Source: an uncultured Candidatus Sumerlaeota bacterium (lineage in GTDB: Bacteria > Sumerlaeota > Sumerlaeia > UBA8349). Taken from it: 64,000 nucleotides of DNA. Location of the stretch: positions 3,984,493-4,048,492 of the forward strand of contig OW818685.1 in the NCBI GenBank assembly GCA_942493245.1. Reading direction: 5' to 3'. Below are positions 1 to 9,737 of this stretch, piece by piece; position 1 is the first letter of the stretch; every line of letters begins with the position of its first letter. The position numbers and the translations under genes are program-made. The notes below the pieces were generated by a model. That model was not told where the DNA came from. It did no database searches and saw nothing but the letters and a program-made list of their open reading frames with translations.

Positions 1-183
1 AAAAGTGCACGGAGAAGAAGCACACCGACACAATATCTGAAAAAAAAACAGGGCCGTTTCGTTTTGACAAACATCACCCATCCTCCCGTCATGTGTTGGA
101 GCGCCCCTTTAGCGCAAACCGGATTACGACTTTGAAAAAGAAAAACGCCCAAACTCCTTAAGAGTCGCAATAAGGTATTTCTC

Positions 184-1362
184 TCAATAGAACCCGTTCT
201 CATAGGCCGAATCGTAGAGGGCCACGATATTTTCGGGCGGAACGCCGGCCTGGATGTTGTGGACGTTGTTGAACACATATCCGCCGCCCGGTTTCCAGAT
301 TTCAAGATTGCGGCGCACGTGGTCATACACCACTTCCGGCGTAGCGCTCGGCAGGACGTGCTGAGAGTCTATCGAACCGCCCCAGAAGGACAACTGGCCG
401 CCGAACTGCGCCTTGAGGGTGGCGGGGTCCATGCCGCTCGCGCTGATCTGGACTGGGTTCAGGATCTCTACCCCATTGTCGATCAGTTCCGGGATGAATG
501 CCTGACAGGCGCCACAGGTGTGGTACCAGACCTTGGCGCTCGTGCGCGAGTGGATGTACTGGACCAGTTTCTTCTGACGCGGCTTGACCACCTGACGGTA
601 GAACTGGGGATGAAAGAGCGGTCCAGACTGTCCCGCCAGGTCGTCCCCCACCATGATGACGTCCACCAAATCGCCCACCTCGTCGAGGAACGCGCGGAAC
701 CAGTCCATCCAGAACTTGAGCGTCTGGTCCAGCAGCGCCTCGCAGAACTCCGGCAGGGTCAGCATGTCACTGAACCACTGTTCGAGTCCGCGCAGGTACC
801 AGCAGATTTCATAGACCACGCCCGAAATGCCAGTGACGACCGCGTAGGGCGTCTCATTGCGCAGTGTGAGCGCGCGTTCTCGCAACCCCTCGAACCGCCC
901 CGGATCGTCCCCCTTCGGGAAGGGGTAATCGCGCAGGTCCTCGATCGAGGCGTGGGCCAGCGGGTGGTGCGAGATGTCCATGAAGAACGGGTTGGAGTCG
1001 GGCATGGACCACGTGACGCCGAACTCGTCGGTCAGGTCGTTCCAGACCTCCCCGTCGCGCGTGTTTTTCACAATCGCGCCCTGAAACCCGGCGGCGGCTC
1101 CGGCACGGATATAGCGCGTGTCCACATGCAGCCGTTCGAGCAGCGCTTCGCACGGCTGCGCCAGCTGCTGGACCGCGTCCACGATCTGAATCTCGTCGGG
1201 AATACCCAGATGTTCGATCAGCGCCTGGTAGGCGAACTTGTGGATGCCGGTCTGGTTGCCGCCCAGGTCGATCGGAACGCGGTCGGGTTGCTCGTGGCGC
1301 AGAGCGCGCAACACCCGGTCGCGCGGGGTCATGGTTTCTCTGTTCTTGAGGCTGTTTCCCAT
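184..1362 (-). CDS. uroporphyrinogen decarboxylase (URO-D)/MtaA-CmuA family protein
   Basis: 392-aa ORF. Its composition is consistent with the URO-D-like TIM-barrel family often found in PVC genomes. The overlapping plus-strand ORF 259-1440 looks like antisense junk (R/H/L-rich). Confidence 0.7.
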   Translation of the reverse strand: MGNSLKNRETMTPRDRVLRALRHEQPDRVPIDLGGNQTGIHKFAYQALIEHLGIPDEIQIVDAVQQLAQPCEALLERLHVDTRYIRAGAAAGFQGAIVKNTRDGEVWNDLTDEFGVTWSMPDSNPFFMDISHHPLAHASIEDLRDYPFPKGDDPGRFEGLRERALTLRNETPYAVVTGISGVVYEICWYLRGLEQWFSDMLTLPEFCEALLDQTLKFWMDWFRAFLDEVGDLVDVIMVGDDLAGQSGPLFHPQFYRQVVKPRQKKLVQYIHSRTSAKVWYHTCGACQAFIPELIDNGVEILNPVQISASGMDPATLKAQFGGQLSFWGGSIDSQHVLPSATPEVVYDHVRRNLEIWKPGGGYVFNNVHNIQAGVPPENIVALYDSAYENGFY

Positions 1363-1403
1363 TGCCGGTGCTCTCCTGTCCCTTATTTCAATTCGCTTGT
1401 AAC

Positions 1404-3692
1404 TCAGGGCTTCAAAAACCCCTGTCCCGATTTCACCTGAAGGTCGCTTTCCTTCATAAACTCGGTCTTAATGTTCTTGCCCAACACCTCACCTTCAAAT
1501 TCGGTTCCGGATACCTCGACGTTGCGGCAGAACGCGAAGTTGAGCGTGAACTTGCGGCTGTGGAAAGGTTTCGTGAAATCGGTCCGGACAATTTTGTTTC
1601 CGGCAAACTTCAATCCGTCCACAGAACAGGCGTAGAGTACCGGATAATCGAACGAGAGGAACGTGTTGTTCTCGATGCGGATATTGTGGTGGAACGGCGC
1701 GGGCGCCTTCTCGAACGCGGGAATCTCGGGATAGACGCTGATCACCCCGTCGCAGAACTGGTAGAGGTTCGTCAGGCAGTTGTCGAACACGTTGTCGCGA
1801 ATCAGCACGTCGCGCACGGCGCCCGATTCGTACCACTGGTTGGCGTCGCCCGCAATCAGGATGGCCGACCCGCTCGACTCGAAGCGGTTCTTCTCGATGA
1901 CGGTCCGCCCGGGCGTGGAAAGCAACAACCCGCGCGCCCGGCAACTGGCGAAGGTGCATCCGCGGATCTCGACCTCCGGCGCCCAGGTGAGGTTTTCAAG
2001 GGCGTGGCCCGCCTTGACCCCGTCGGGAACCGGCGCCTCGAAGGTGATTTCGAAATCGGTCAGATTGAGCGGCTTGAACGACTTGACCTTCCCCTCCCCG
2101 AGGGGAAGCATCGTGGCGTTGTCGAGGTAACTGACCTGGTCACCCGGATGGCCGAAGGGCATTCCGATACTCATGGAGTGGATGAAACGCACCAGAAGAG
2201 TGTCCCCGCTTTTCCGCTCGATGATGCGGACGCTGGTGCCGTGAACGTTGATAGGATCGTCCATCAACCCCTGATAGACACAATTCTCGATCTTGACCAG
2301 ACCCCGGCAGTTGGAAATCTGCGCGCCGTCGTCATGGCCCGACAGGTAACGCCCATTCTGGATGTTTGGTCGCACGTTGACGGCGTTCATCGTGAGATTC
2401 TCGGTAAACTGGGCCAACACGCCCAGGCCGGCGTTGGCGTACATCTCGATGTTGCGCAACTCGAGGTCTTTGCTTTCCGTCAGGAAAATACCGGCGTGGT
2501 CGCGCTCGCTGTGGCGCAGGAGGATAAAGTTGCCCACGGCGGGTTTGTTCTTGAAGGCATAGTTCAATCGCACCAAGCCCCGTTCGAGTTCAACGGCTTT
2601 GTAATCGCTCCACCCGCCCCCCAGCGTTCCATCGCCCGTGTGGGGGGGAATGCGACGGGTCTTGGCGTCAAATTCCATCGAACCCCACCAGGCGCTCTTC
2701 CACCCTTCGCCCACGAATACGATCTTGCCGTTCTCGATGACATAGGGGTAGGCGACCGGGTCGATGTACAGATCAATGTATTGGTCGGTGACCGCCTTGA
2801 CCTCGCCCTGGGAACTGAGCGGGCGGTCCCAGTCTATCGAAAAATTCTGCAGGGCGATGCGGGCCGAGTTGTCCACCACCACCGGGGACATGCGGTCGTG
2901 GAAAATGAACGAGGAACCCTGTCCCTCGACGGTCAGGTCTTCCTGTTTGTCTATCAGGATCGCGCACCGCTTGGGGTTGATGTCCGTGGTGTTGGACATG
3001 TGATAGACGCGTTCCGTGCAGTGCTGGGGCCAGAAGTCGTAGCGCCCCGCCGGGAAGATGAGGAGGGCGTTCTTGCGCCCCCGGCACGCCTCGAGCGCCT
3101 TCTGAACGGCGGGCACGGCGTTCTCGCGCGAGTTGGGCCGGGCGCCGAATTCCGTCACCGACACGATGTCGGCGGTCGAGGGGACGCGCTTCTCGTAAGC
3201 AATCGTCGCTTCAGCCCAGTTGGCGTGGTCGCTGTTGAAGTTGTCGCCCCCGTCGGTGGCTTCGAGGGTGAGCAGGTTGACGCCGGTGAGGTCGAGCGAG
3301 ACCTCGCGGGCCGCGTCGCCCCCTTTCATCACCGGGCTGCGGAAGAGTTCCTTCCCGTCGCCGCGCACGAGGAACTCGACACTGCCCGGTTCATTGCGCC
3401 CCCCGTCGTTGACCCCGACAAACGCGTGGAAGCGTTTGCCGGCGCCGCCGAGGTTCACATAAAAGAGCGAGTGGGCGTGGGTGCCGACTCCGTGTTTGAA
3501 CTCCCGCCCCGCAATCTTCAGCGGCAATCCGGCCACCGACACGTCCTTCCCCGGTTTTCCGTACCCCTGAGTCATTTTGCTCAGGTCGAGCGCGGAAAGG
3601 CGGATTTCTTCCGCCTGAAGGGCGAGAATGGGAAAAACTGGCGCGAGACAACTCGCGAGCAGAAGGATTCGGAAGAAGGGGAAACGAGACAT
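1404..3692 (-). CDS. secreted NPCBM-domain + right-handed beta-helix protein (GH110-like glycosidase/lyase-like)
   Basis: 762 aa with an N-terminal signal peptide (MSRFPFFRILLLASCLAPVFPILALQA). An NPCBM/NEW2-like sugar-binding region (…LTLEATDGGDNFNSDHANWAEATIAY) is followed by repeated beta-helix-type segments (NCxG/IENN… repeats). Confidence 0.7.
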   Translation of the reverse strand: MSRFPFFRILLLASCLAPVFPILALQAEEIRLSALDLSKMTQGYGKPGKDVSVAGLPLKIAGREFKHGVGTHAHSLFYVNLGGAGKRFHAFVGVNDGGRNEPGSVEFLVRGDGKELFRSPVMKGGDAAREVSLDLTGVNLLTLEATDGGDNFNSDHANWAEATIAYEKRVPSTADIVSVTEFGARPNSRENAVPAVQKALEACRGRKNALLIFPAGRYDFWPQHCTERVYHMSNTTDINPKRCAILIDKQEDLTVEGQGSSFIFHDRMSPVVVDNSARIALQNFSIDWDRPLSSQGEVKAVTDQYIDLYIDPVAYPYVIENGKIVFVGEGWKSAWWGSMEFDAKTRRIPPHTGDGTLGGGWSDYKAVELERGLVRLNYAFKNKPAVGNFILLRHSERDHAGIFLTESKDLELRNIEMYANAGLGVLAQFTENLTMNAVNVRPNIQNGRYLSGHDDGAQISNCRGLVKIENCVYQGLMDDPINVHGTSVRIIERKSGDTLLVRFIHSMSIGMPFGHPGDQVSYLDNATMLPLGEGKVKSFKPLNLTDFEITFEAPVPDGVKAGHALENLTWAPEVEIRGCTFASCRARGLLLSTPGRTVIEKNRFESSGSAILIAGDANQWYESGAVRDVLIRDNVFDNCLTNLYQFCDGVISVYPEIPAFEKAPAPFHHNIRIENNTFLSFDYPVLYACSVDGLKFAGNKIVRTDFTKPFHSRKFTLNFAFCRNVEVSGTEFEGEVLGKNIKTEFMKESDLQVKSGQGFLKP

Positions 3693-3884
3693 GAAAATTT
3701 CCTTTCAAGGCCGGACCGTGGCCGCATGCTCTTCCGGGAAGGGAGGGTTTCAAGAAGCGAGACATTCTTTTTCCCGGTGTTTTCGCGTATTGCATGTCCA
3801 CTCCTGTTTACCGTTTTCCCGACGAATGGTCAACCGCCTTTCGCGCTTTTTTTGGACTTGAGAAAACGCATGACTGCGGATTCG

Positions 3885-3916
3885 CGTCACTCTAATCCCC
3901 GCTTTTCGGGGATGCC
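3885..3916. repeat. additional copy of the same REP-like hairpin unit (…gtcactctaatccccgcttttcggggatgccc)
   Basis: Its reverse complement gggcatccccgaaaagcggggatta matches the core of the 41774 unit. It lies ~90 nt upstream of the low-G+C gene 4007-5188. Confidence 0.6.
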
Positions 3917-4006
3917 CAGAGGAGTCCTGTTGAAAATAATTGCGCCCCGCAGGACTTTTGCGGATAGTAGCCGAAACCGCCAGAATAAGCGGTTTCTCGA
4001 CTCAAT

Positions 4007-5188
4007 TTGCAGCAGAAAAGTGACGATGCCATGATGCCGCGTACAGAAATTTACCCGCTTTCTTCTCCGTCCCTGTTTCTGACGCTTCTTGTCTTACTCT
4101 ATTCTACGGTCCTCTCGGTCGCGCAGGCGCAGGAAGTGGACAATCGGGCAAGATTGGCGGCCTATATGGAGAAAGCGCGAATTACTCCATATTGTGGACA
4201 GGCGGACTTTATCTTGGAGGAAGACGAATTCCCTCTTTTAGAGCCTTACTTCGAGGACTCTTCTTTTTGTGTTCAATCTTACTCGCTGATCTTGGCCGGA
4301 GAGTGCGCTGAGGCTAGTTCCTCAACACTTCTGCTACAACGGGTTATAGAGAAACGATTGGAAAAAGCGTTTGTTCGTGAAATAAGCGGGAAAATAACCC
4401 AACGAATACCGTTGCCTCGATATGAGAATGAAAAGTTATACTCCAAAAAATCTATAGAGTTATTGGAGCAACAGATCAATAAAGCGGTCGAAGAATATCG
4501 GAATAATAAAAAACCATATGTCGAGGAAACACTCCGGGACCTAATCGTGTGTGCCGGTAAGTCTCGTGAAAAACAACTCCTTAACCTCCTCGGGAAAATC
4601 AAGAAAGAGTTTGGTGACGTGTTTGAAGACTTGGACAGAAAGTACACGCCAACGAACAAGCATATGCAGAACAGGGAATGCCCCTGGTTCAACTCTGTTG
4701 CCTGGAAAGCGGCGCTGGCGCGGGCCAGAATCGGATCGGATGAGGATCTGAAGTTCTGTATTGATCTGGTCGATAAGTTTCCCGACCCGGAATTCCGTTC
4801 CTTAGTTTTGCTAGGCGATCTGGCCAGTATTGATCGTCCAGAACTGCTTGAGTATTATTACCGATGCCTCGACCGCAATGAAAGCTATGTCGAGCCATGG
4901 GGTTATAGAGTCCGATATGGCACTGTTACGATGCGTGCCCTTGTTGGGAGTATTGATGATGACGAGATCAGAAAAAAAGTGGATGAAGGCTCACCCGATG
5001 CGATTCAGCAGTTGAAGACCTATGTTCAGGAAAAAGCGGGGGGAGACCCGGCCAAACTTCGTTTCCGTCACGCCCGTAGTTTCTTTGCGCGTTCTATGAA
5101 ATCGTTTAAAGAGCGTCGGGACTCCCTGCGTGAAAAGCATGCCGCGGAGGCGAAGAATACACCGCCAGAGAGCGCTCCTGCTCCGTAA
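4007..5188 (+). CDS. hypothetical secreted protein, low-G+C orphan gene
   Basis: 393-aa ORF with a signal-peptide-like N-terminus (…LFLTLLVLLYSTVLSVAQAQE). The protein is K/E-rich and helical-looking. Its nucleotide composition is visibly AT-richer than the flanking genes. Confidence 0.6.
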   Translation: MQQKSDDAMMPRTEIYPLSSPSLFLTLLVLLYSTVLSVAQAQEVDNRARLAAYMEKARITPYCGQADFILEEDEFPLLEPYFEDSSFCVQSYSLILAGECAEASSSTLLLQRVIEKRLEKAFVREISGKITQRIPLPRYENEKLYSKKSIELLEQQINKAVEEYRNNKKPYVEETLRDLIVCAGKSREKQLLNLLGKIKKEFGDVFEDLDRKYTPTNKHMQNRECPWFNSVAWKAALARARIGSDEDLKFCIDLVDKFPDPEFRSLVLLGDLASIDRPELLEYYYRCLDRNESYVEPWGYRVRYGTVTMRALVGSIDDDEIRKKVDEGSPDAIQQLKTYVQEKAGGDPAKLRFRHARSFFARSMKSFKERRDSLREKHAAEAKNTPPESAPAP

Positions 5189-5311
5189 ATTCGGGATTGC
5201 ACTCCGGCATTGCCGTTGATTTCCCGGCCACGGGACCGTATGATGGCTCCGGACAATCGGGAACAGGCGATTGCCGACGGAAACGAAGCAACAGGAAAAC
5301 GAGAGGCAACC

Positions 5312-6199
5312 ATGGGCAAAGGACAGACCAAGTCAAAAAGCGGGGACACTTCCCTCCTCCTGGGCGCGCACATGTCCATTTCCGGGAGCGTGGACCGCGC
5401 GCTCGAACGGGGGGAATCCATCGGCTGCTCCGTGGTCCAGATCTTCCTGAAAAACAGCAACCGGTGGGTGGGCAAACCCATCGAGGCCGCCGAGGCCGAA
5501 ACGTTCCGCACCCACCTGCAATCAAGCCCGATCCGGTCGGTGTTTGGCCACAACGCGTACCTGGTCAACCTCGCCTCACCGAAGGACGATCTGTTTGAAC
5601 AGTCCATCGCCGCGATGGTGGACGAAATCGAGCGCGCCGACCTGCTGGGGGTGCCGTTCATCGTGATGCACCCCGGCTCGCCGGTGGGAGAATCCGAGGC
5701 GTGGGGACTGAAACGGATTTCGGAAGGCGTGGCGCGCATTTTCGAGGCCACGGCCCACTCGAAGGTCCAACTGGCGTTCGAAAACACGGCGGGCCAGGGG
5801 AGCAACCTCGGGTATCGGTTCGAGCATCTGGCGCAGCTCATCACCGACGCACCGGACAAGAGCCGCGTGGGCGTTTGCCTGGACACCTGCCACGCGTTTG
5901 CGGCGGGTTACGAAATGCGCACGCAGAAAGACTACGACGCGACCCTCGGTGCGCTGGACCGCGAGGTCGGACTGGCGTTCCTGAAGGCCATCCACCTGAA
6001 CGACTCGAAAAAGGACGTGGGCGGTCGGGTGGATCGGCACGAGCACATCGGCAAAGGCTGCCTGGGACTGGAGCCGTTCCGGTTTCTGATGAACGACCCG
6101 CGCCTGGCGGCAATCCCCAAGGCGCTCGAAACGCCCAAGGGGGACGACATGCACGAAGATGTGGAAAACATGGCGATCCTGCGAGGGCTGATCGAATAG
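5312..6199 (+). CDS. nfo: endonuclease IV (AP endonuclease family 2)
   Basis: Nfo-type motifs are present (GAHMSISGS…, HAxY, FENTAGQGSNLG, CLDTCHAFAAGY, HLNDSK…GGRVDRHEHIG). GAGAGG lies upstream of the ATG at 5312. Confidence 0.85.
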   Translation: MGKGQTKSKSGDTSLLLGAHMSISGSVDRALERGESIGCSVVQIFLKNSNRWVGKPIEAAEAETFRTHLQSSPIRSVFGHNAYLVNLASPKDDLFEQSIAAMVDEIERADLLGVPFIVMHPGSPVGESEAWGLKRISEGVARIFEATAHSKVQLAFENTAGQGSNLGYRFEHLAQLITDAPDKSRVGVCLDTCHAFAAGYEMRTQKDYDATLGALDREVGLAFLKAIHLNDSKKDVGGRVDRHEHIGKGCLGLEPFRFLMNDPRLAAIPKALETPKGDDMHEDVENMAILRGLIE

Positions 6200-6236
6200 C
6201 CAGCGAAACGACGATTATGGAAAAGAAGAGGACCCC

Positions 6237-7472
6237 ATGGCAGGACTGAACCGGGCGCGTATTCTGTTGGGAGTGACGGGCGGGATCGCCGCGTATAAAA
6301 GCGCGGAACTGTGCCGCCTGCTCAAGCGCGCGGGCGCCGAGGTTCAGGTGGTCATGACGGAAAACGCGACGCAATTCGTGGCGCCCCTGACGTTCGAGAC
6401 GCTGAGCGGGCGGCCGGTTTACCTCGACGTCTTCGAACGCGGCAAGGCCTGGGAAGTCGAGCATATCGCGCTGGCGCAATGGGGACAGGCGTTGATCATC
6501 GCGCCCGCGACGGCGAATTGCCTGGCCAAACTGGCGGCGGGAATCGCAAACGACGCTCTGACCACCACCGCCCTGGCGTTTCGCGGACCGGTCGCGCTGG
6601 CTCCGGCCATGAATACGGCCATGTGGGAACACCCCGCCACATGCCGGAACGCCGAGACGCTCCGGCTGCGGGGAGTGCGCATCGTCGAGCCGGGCGCGGG
6701 CGAACTGGCCTGTGGCGACGTAGGCGCGGGACGGCTGGCCGAACTGGACGCGATTGTCTCGGCCATTGAGTCTATGCTCAAACCCCTTCCCATTGTCTCC
6801 GAAGGAAAACTCGCAGGAAAAAACGTATTGGTAACTGCGGGTCCGACCGTCGAATGGCTCGACCCGGTGCGGTTTCTCTCGAACCCCTCGACCGGTCGCA
6901 TGGGACTTGCGATGGCGCTCGAAGCGCGGCGGCGCGGAGCGCAGGTGACGTTTGTCTGCGGCCCGACGGCGCTCGAAGTGCCGGGCGATCTGGGACGGAT
7001 TCTTCGCGTCCAGACGGCGGAGGAAATGCACGAGGCCGTGCAGGCGGCCCTGCCGGAACAGGACGTGTGCGTGTTCTCGGCGGCGGTGGCCGACTTCACC
7101 CCCCTGAAATTTCAACCGGAAAAGATCAAAAAGGAAGCGTGCGCGGACGAGGTGACCCTGCGGCTGAAACGGACGCCAGATGTGGCGGCCCGGGCCAACG
7201 CCGCGCGACGCCCGGGGCAGGTGTTCGTGGGCTTCGCCGCGGAAACCAAGGACCTGCTCGCCAACGCGCGCGCCAAGATGGAAAAAAAAGGGTTCGATGT
7301 GGTCGTGGCGAATCTGGTTTCATCCGAAAACCCCGCTTTTGGCGCTTTAGAAAACCGGGTGACCCTCCTGGCCCGGCAGGGCGAAGCGGTGGAATTGCCG
7401 TCTCAGGCCAAGGATCAATTGGCCGGGCCGATATGGGATTTTATTCTTGAACGTTGCCTTGCCGGGGCGTAA
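6237..7472 (+). CDS. coaBC: bifunctional phosphopantothenoylcysteine decarboxylase / phosphopantothenate-cysteine ligase
   Basis: The N-terminal flavoprotein domain (ILLGVTGGIAAYKS) and the C-terminal CoaB domain (VLVTAGPT…GxMG) are present. Total length is 411 aa. Confidence 0.9.
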   Translation: MAGLNRARILLGVTGGIAAYKSAELCRLLKRAGAEVQVVMTENATQFVAPLTFETLSGRPVYLDVFERGKAWEVEHIALAQWGQALIIAPATANCLAKLAAGIANDALTTTALAFRGPVALAPAMNTAMWEHPATCRNAETLRLRGVRIVEPGAGELACGDVGAGRLAELDAIVSAIESMLKPLPIVSEGKLAGKNVLVTAGPTVEWLDPVRFLSNPSTGRMGLAMALEARRRGAQVTFVCGPTALEVPGDLGRILRVQTAEEMHEAVQAALPEQDVCVFSAAVADFTPLKFQPEKIKKEACADEVTLRLKRTPDVAARANAARRPGQVFVGFAAETKDLLANARAKMEKKGFDVVVANLVSSENPAFGALENRVTLLARQGEAVELPSQAKDQLAGPIWDFILERCLAGA

Positions 7473-7550
7473 ATCTCTTATGCACACGTGAAACGGGGGG
7501 CTTGCCGGTATTCCCCGCCAGATCATCGAGTCAAGCGAAGCCTGAAGGGT

Positions 7551-8303
7551 ATGGGGATGCGGCCAGACGAATTGCGGCACTTGCTGGAACAGGTTCAAAG
7601 CAGTCAGTTGACGGTGGACGCCGCCGCCGAGAAACTGAGCGAGTTGCCGTACGCCGACCTCGGGTTTGCCAAGGTGGACCTGCACCGCCGACTGCGCCGC
7701 GGAGTGGCCGAGGTGATCTACTGCGAAGGGAAAACACCCCAACAGGTGGCGGCTATCGCGGAGCGTATAGACCGGGCCGGGCAGACGGTTCTGGGGACAC
7801 GCGCCTCGGAGGAAACCTTTCGCGTATGCCAGAAGGCGGTGCCCGGGGTGGAATACAACGCCGTGGCGCGTTGCTTCTACAAAGTGAACGAAGCGGCGCA
7901 GCCGCGTCCCGGACGGGTGGTGGTGGTCTGCGCGGGCACGTCGGACCTGCCGGTGGCCGAGGAAGCGGCCGTCACGGCGGAAACGCTCGGGAACCCCGTG
8001 GACCGAGTGTACGACGTGGGCGTTGCGGGCATTCACCGCCTGCTGGGCGAAGCCCACGTGTTCGAGAAAGCGCGGGTGGCGATCGCCGTGGCGGGAATGG
8101 AAGGCGCGCTGCCCTCGGTCGTGGGGGGGCTGGTGAAATGCCCCGTGGTGGCGGTGCCCACGTCGGTGGGGTACGGCGCGGCGTTTGGCGGCCTGGCCGC
8201 CCTGCTGGCCATGCTCAACTCGTGCGCCTCAAATGTGACGGTGGTCAACATAGACAACGGTTTCGGCGCGGCCTACGTGGCCAACCTGATCAATTGTCCC
8301 TGA
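7551..8303 (+). CDS. larB: nickel-pincer cofactor biosynthesis protein LarB (PurE-like AIR carboxylase family)
   Basis: The C-terminal PurE-like fold is present (VVVVCAGTSDLPVAEEA…AIAVAGMEGALPSVVGG…VVAVPTSVGYGA). The start is taken at MGMRPDEL rather than the upstream in-frame extension that would overlap coaBC. Confidence 0.75.
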   Translation: MGMRPDELRHLLEQVQSSQLTVDAAAEKLSELPYADLGFAKVDLHRRLRRGVAEVIYCEGKTPQQVAAIAERIDRAGQTVLGTRASEETFRVCQKAVPGVEYNAVARCFYKVNEAAQPRPGRVVVVCAGTSDLPVAEEAAVTAETLGNPVDRVYDVGVAGIHRLLGEAHVFEKARVAIAVAGMEGALPSVVGGLVKCPVVAVPTSVGYGAAFGGLAALLAMLNSCASNVTVVNIDNGFGAAYVANLINCP

Positions 8304-8384
8304 AACAGGTCTGATCGAAAGACTGTCTGAACGGAACAATATAAGGGATGGAGGGGTTCCCAATTTCAAGAGGAGGCGGAAGTT

Positions 8385-9407
8385 ATGTCGGATGTGATGC
8401 AGAAAAATATTGAGGGGATCTTGCACAAGTTGGACGAGTTTCTGGACCAGCGTTACGCGCAGGGCAAACGCCTGAGCGCGCTGGTGGGCGTTGCGGAAGT
8501 TGACATGCGGATGCAGCAGCAGGCCGTTTTGCGCCAGATCCTGATCGAGGGAAAAGGGTTTGGGCCTATCCGCATATCGGTGGTTGATATTCTGACTTCC
8601 TTCGATCTTGTGAAGAAAAACGCGCTCTTTCACACCGTTGACCAGGTCTGTATTCTCAATGAAATCGTGCCGGAGGAAAAAGACGACAGCGGCAAGAAAA
8701 CCGCCGGTCAGCTCGACATCCGCAGCATCAAGAAACTCTACAGCGCGATCGACCCCTCGTTCGAGCGCCTTCTGTCTCTGCTCCAGACCTGGATCTGGTG
8801 GGACTTGCGCGACGCGGCGGACCTCTACACGTTCGACCTGCAGATCGCCAGGGTCGAGCAGCTCAAGACGATTACGGTGGACGATGCGCTGATCGAAACC
8901 TACCGCAAGGAAATGGGAGCCAAACCGGGCACCGAAATCCGCCGCCAGGACATGATCAAGTTCGAATTGCAGCGCGCCAAACTGCTCATCGCCCAGTACG
9001 GTCAGCGCCGCGATGCGGATCATGGACACGAAATCATTCTGGTGGCAAAGTTTATGGAAGGCACCCCCGACGCCGACGCGTCGTGCATGCGGCTGGCCAG
9101 TCACCTGGCGGCGATCGAGAAACTGCGGGCCCAACAGGGGCAGGTGAATGACTCGGTCAAACAGTTTTACGCGCCGCAGATGCGTCTGCCGGTCGAAAAA
9201 GTGACCGCCCAGGCCATCCTGGACTTCGAGGCGCGCAATGCCGCGCACGAGCGCAAAATCCTGGCCGACGCGATGTCCAAGACGCGACCGGTGGGGGAAA
9301 TGATCAACTTCAAGCGGCATAAAATGGCCGACATGCAACACGTGTTCGCAGCCGCCTGTCAGGCGCTGGGAATCACACCCGACCAGATTGTCCTGCCCAC
9401 CAATTAA
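8385..9407 (+). CDS. hypothetical cytoplasmic protein (no recognisable family)
   Basis: 340 aa, preceded by a strong RBS (AGAGGAGG-N6-ATG). The composition is that of a soluble helical protein. The overlapping minus ORF 8229-9341 looks like antisense junk. Confidence 0.65.
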   Translation: MSDVMQKNIEGILHKLDEFLDQRYAQGKRLSALVGVAEVDMRMQQQAVLRQILIEGKGFGPIRISVVDILTSFDLVKKNALFHTVDQVCILNEIVPEEKDDSGKKTAGQLDIRSIKKLYSAIDPSFERLLSLLQTWIWWDLRDAADLYTFDLQIARVEQLKTITVDDALIETYRKEMGAKPGTEIRRQDMIKFELQRAKLLIAQYGQRRDADHGHEIILVAKFMEGTPDADASCMRLASHLAAIEKLRAQQGQVNDSVKQFYAPQMRLPVEKVTAQAILDFEARNAAHERKILADAMSKTRPVGEMINFKRHKMADMQHVFAAACQALGITPDQIVLPTN

Positions 9408-9458
9408 AAAAGAGGTTGCCCTTTAGTTATGTTTGGGGTTTTCCGAACCCGAATTTTT

Positions 9459-9489
9459 CGTAGGGGCGGGTTTCAAACCCGCCCCTACG
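9459..9489 (+). terminator. GC-rich hairpin (cgtaggggcggg/cccgcccctacg, 12-bp perfect stem) 50 nt after the stop of the 8385-9407 gene
   Basis: The perfect inverted repeat is followed by gattctttcc, which is only a weak U-tract. This could act as a terminator or as a REP-type hairpin. Confidence 0.45.
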
Positions 9490-9737
9490 GATTCTTTCCT
9501 CAGATCGCCCCCCTTCTATTGAAACGGTGGGTGGCGAAAGGCTTACAAAAAAGGCAACAAGCGACTCCCGGTGAATGGGAACGCAATGAACGGAGAGTGG
9601 TTCCTTGAAGTTTTTTTTGACAGCAGGCATTCGAGCAGGAGGACGGGAGAAAACCCGGAATCCTGCTCTTGTATTGTCGGTAAGAGTTGTGACCCGCCGA
9701 ATGGCCCAAATGACGTTTCCGGTTCCAGGGTGAATCC

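Noticed and set aside
1362-4034. 890-aa plus-strand ORF overlapping the NPCBM/beta-helix gene
   Set aside because: Its translation is Arg/His/Leu/Gly-rich with no motifs, and it is exactly antisense to a gene with signal peptide and recognisable domains. Long antisense ORFs are expected at this G+C. The same reasoning rejects 5841-7115(-), 9852-11003(-), 12085-12771(-), 13414-14997(-), 23799-26210(-), 27691-30039(-), 31308-32903(+), 34106-35314(+), 35783-37051(+), 37734-39377(+), 40663-41628(-), 43385-44791(+), 46822-47595(+), 53340-54593(-), 57493-58443(+), 57875-58816(+), 59743-60588(-), 61622-62566(-) and 62789-63442(-).
7488-7550. Upstream in-frame extension of larB starting at ATG 7488
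   Set aside because: It would overlap the coaBC 3' end, and the encoded N-terminal peptide (MKRGACRYSPPDHRVKRSL) looks non-native. The downstream ATG at 7551 gives a LarB-like N-terminus.
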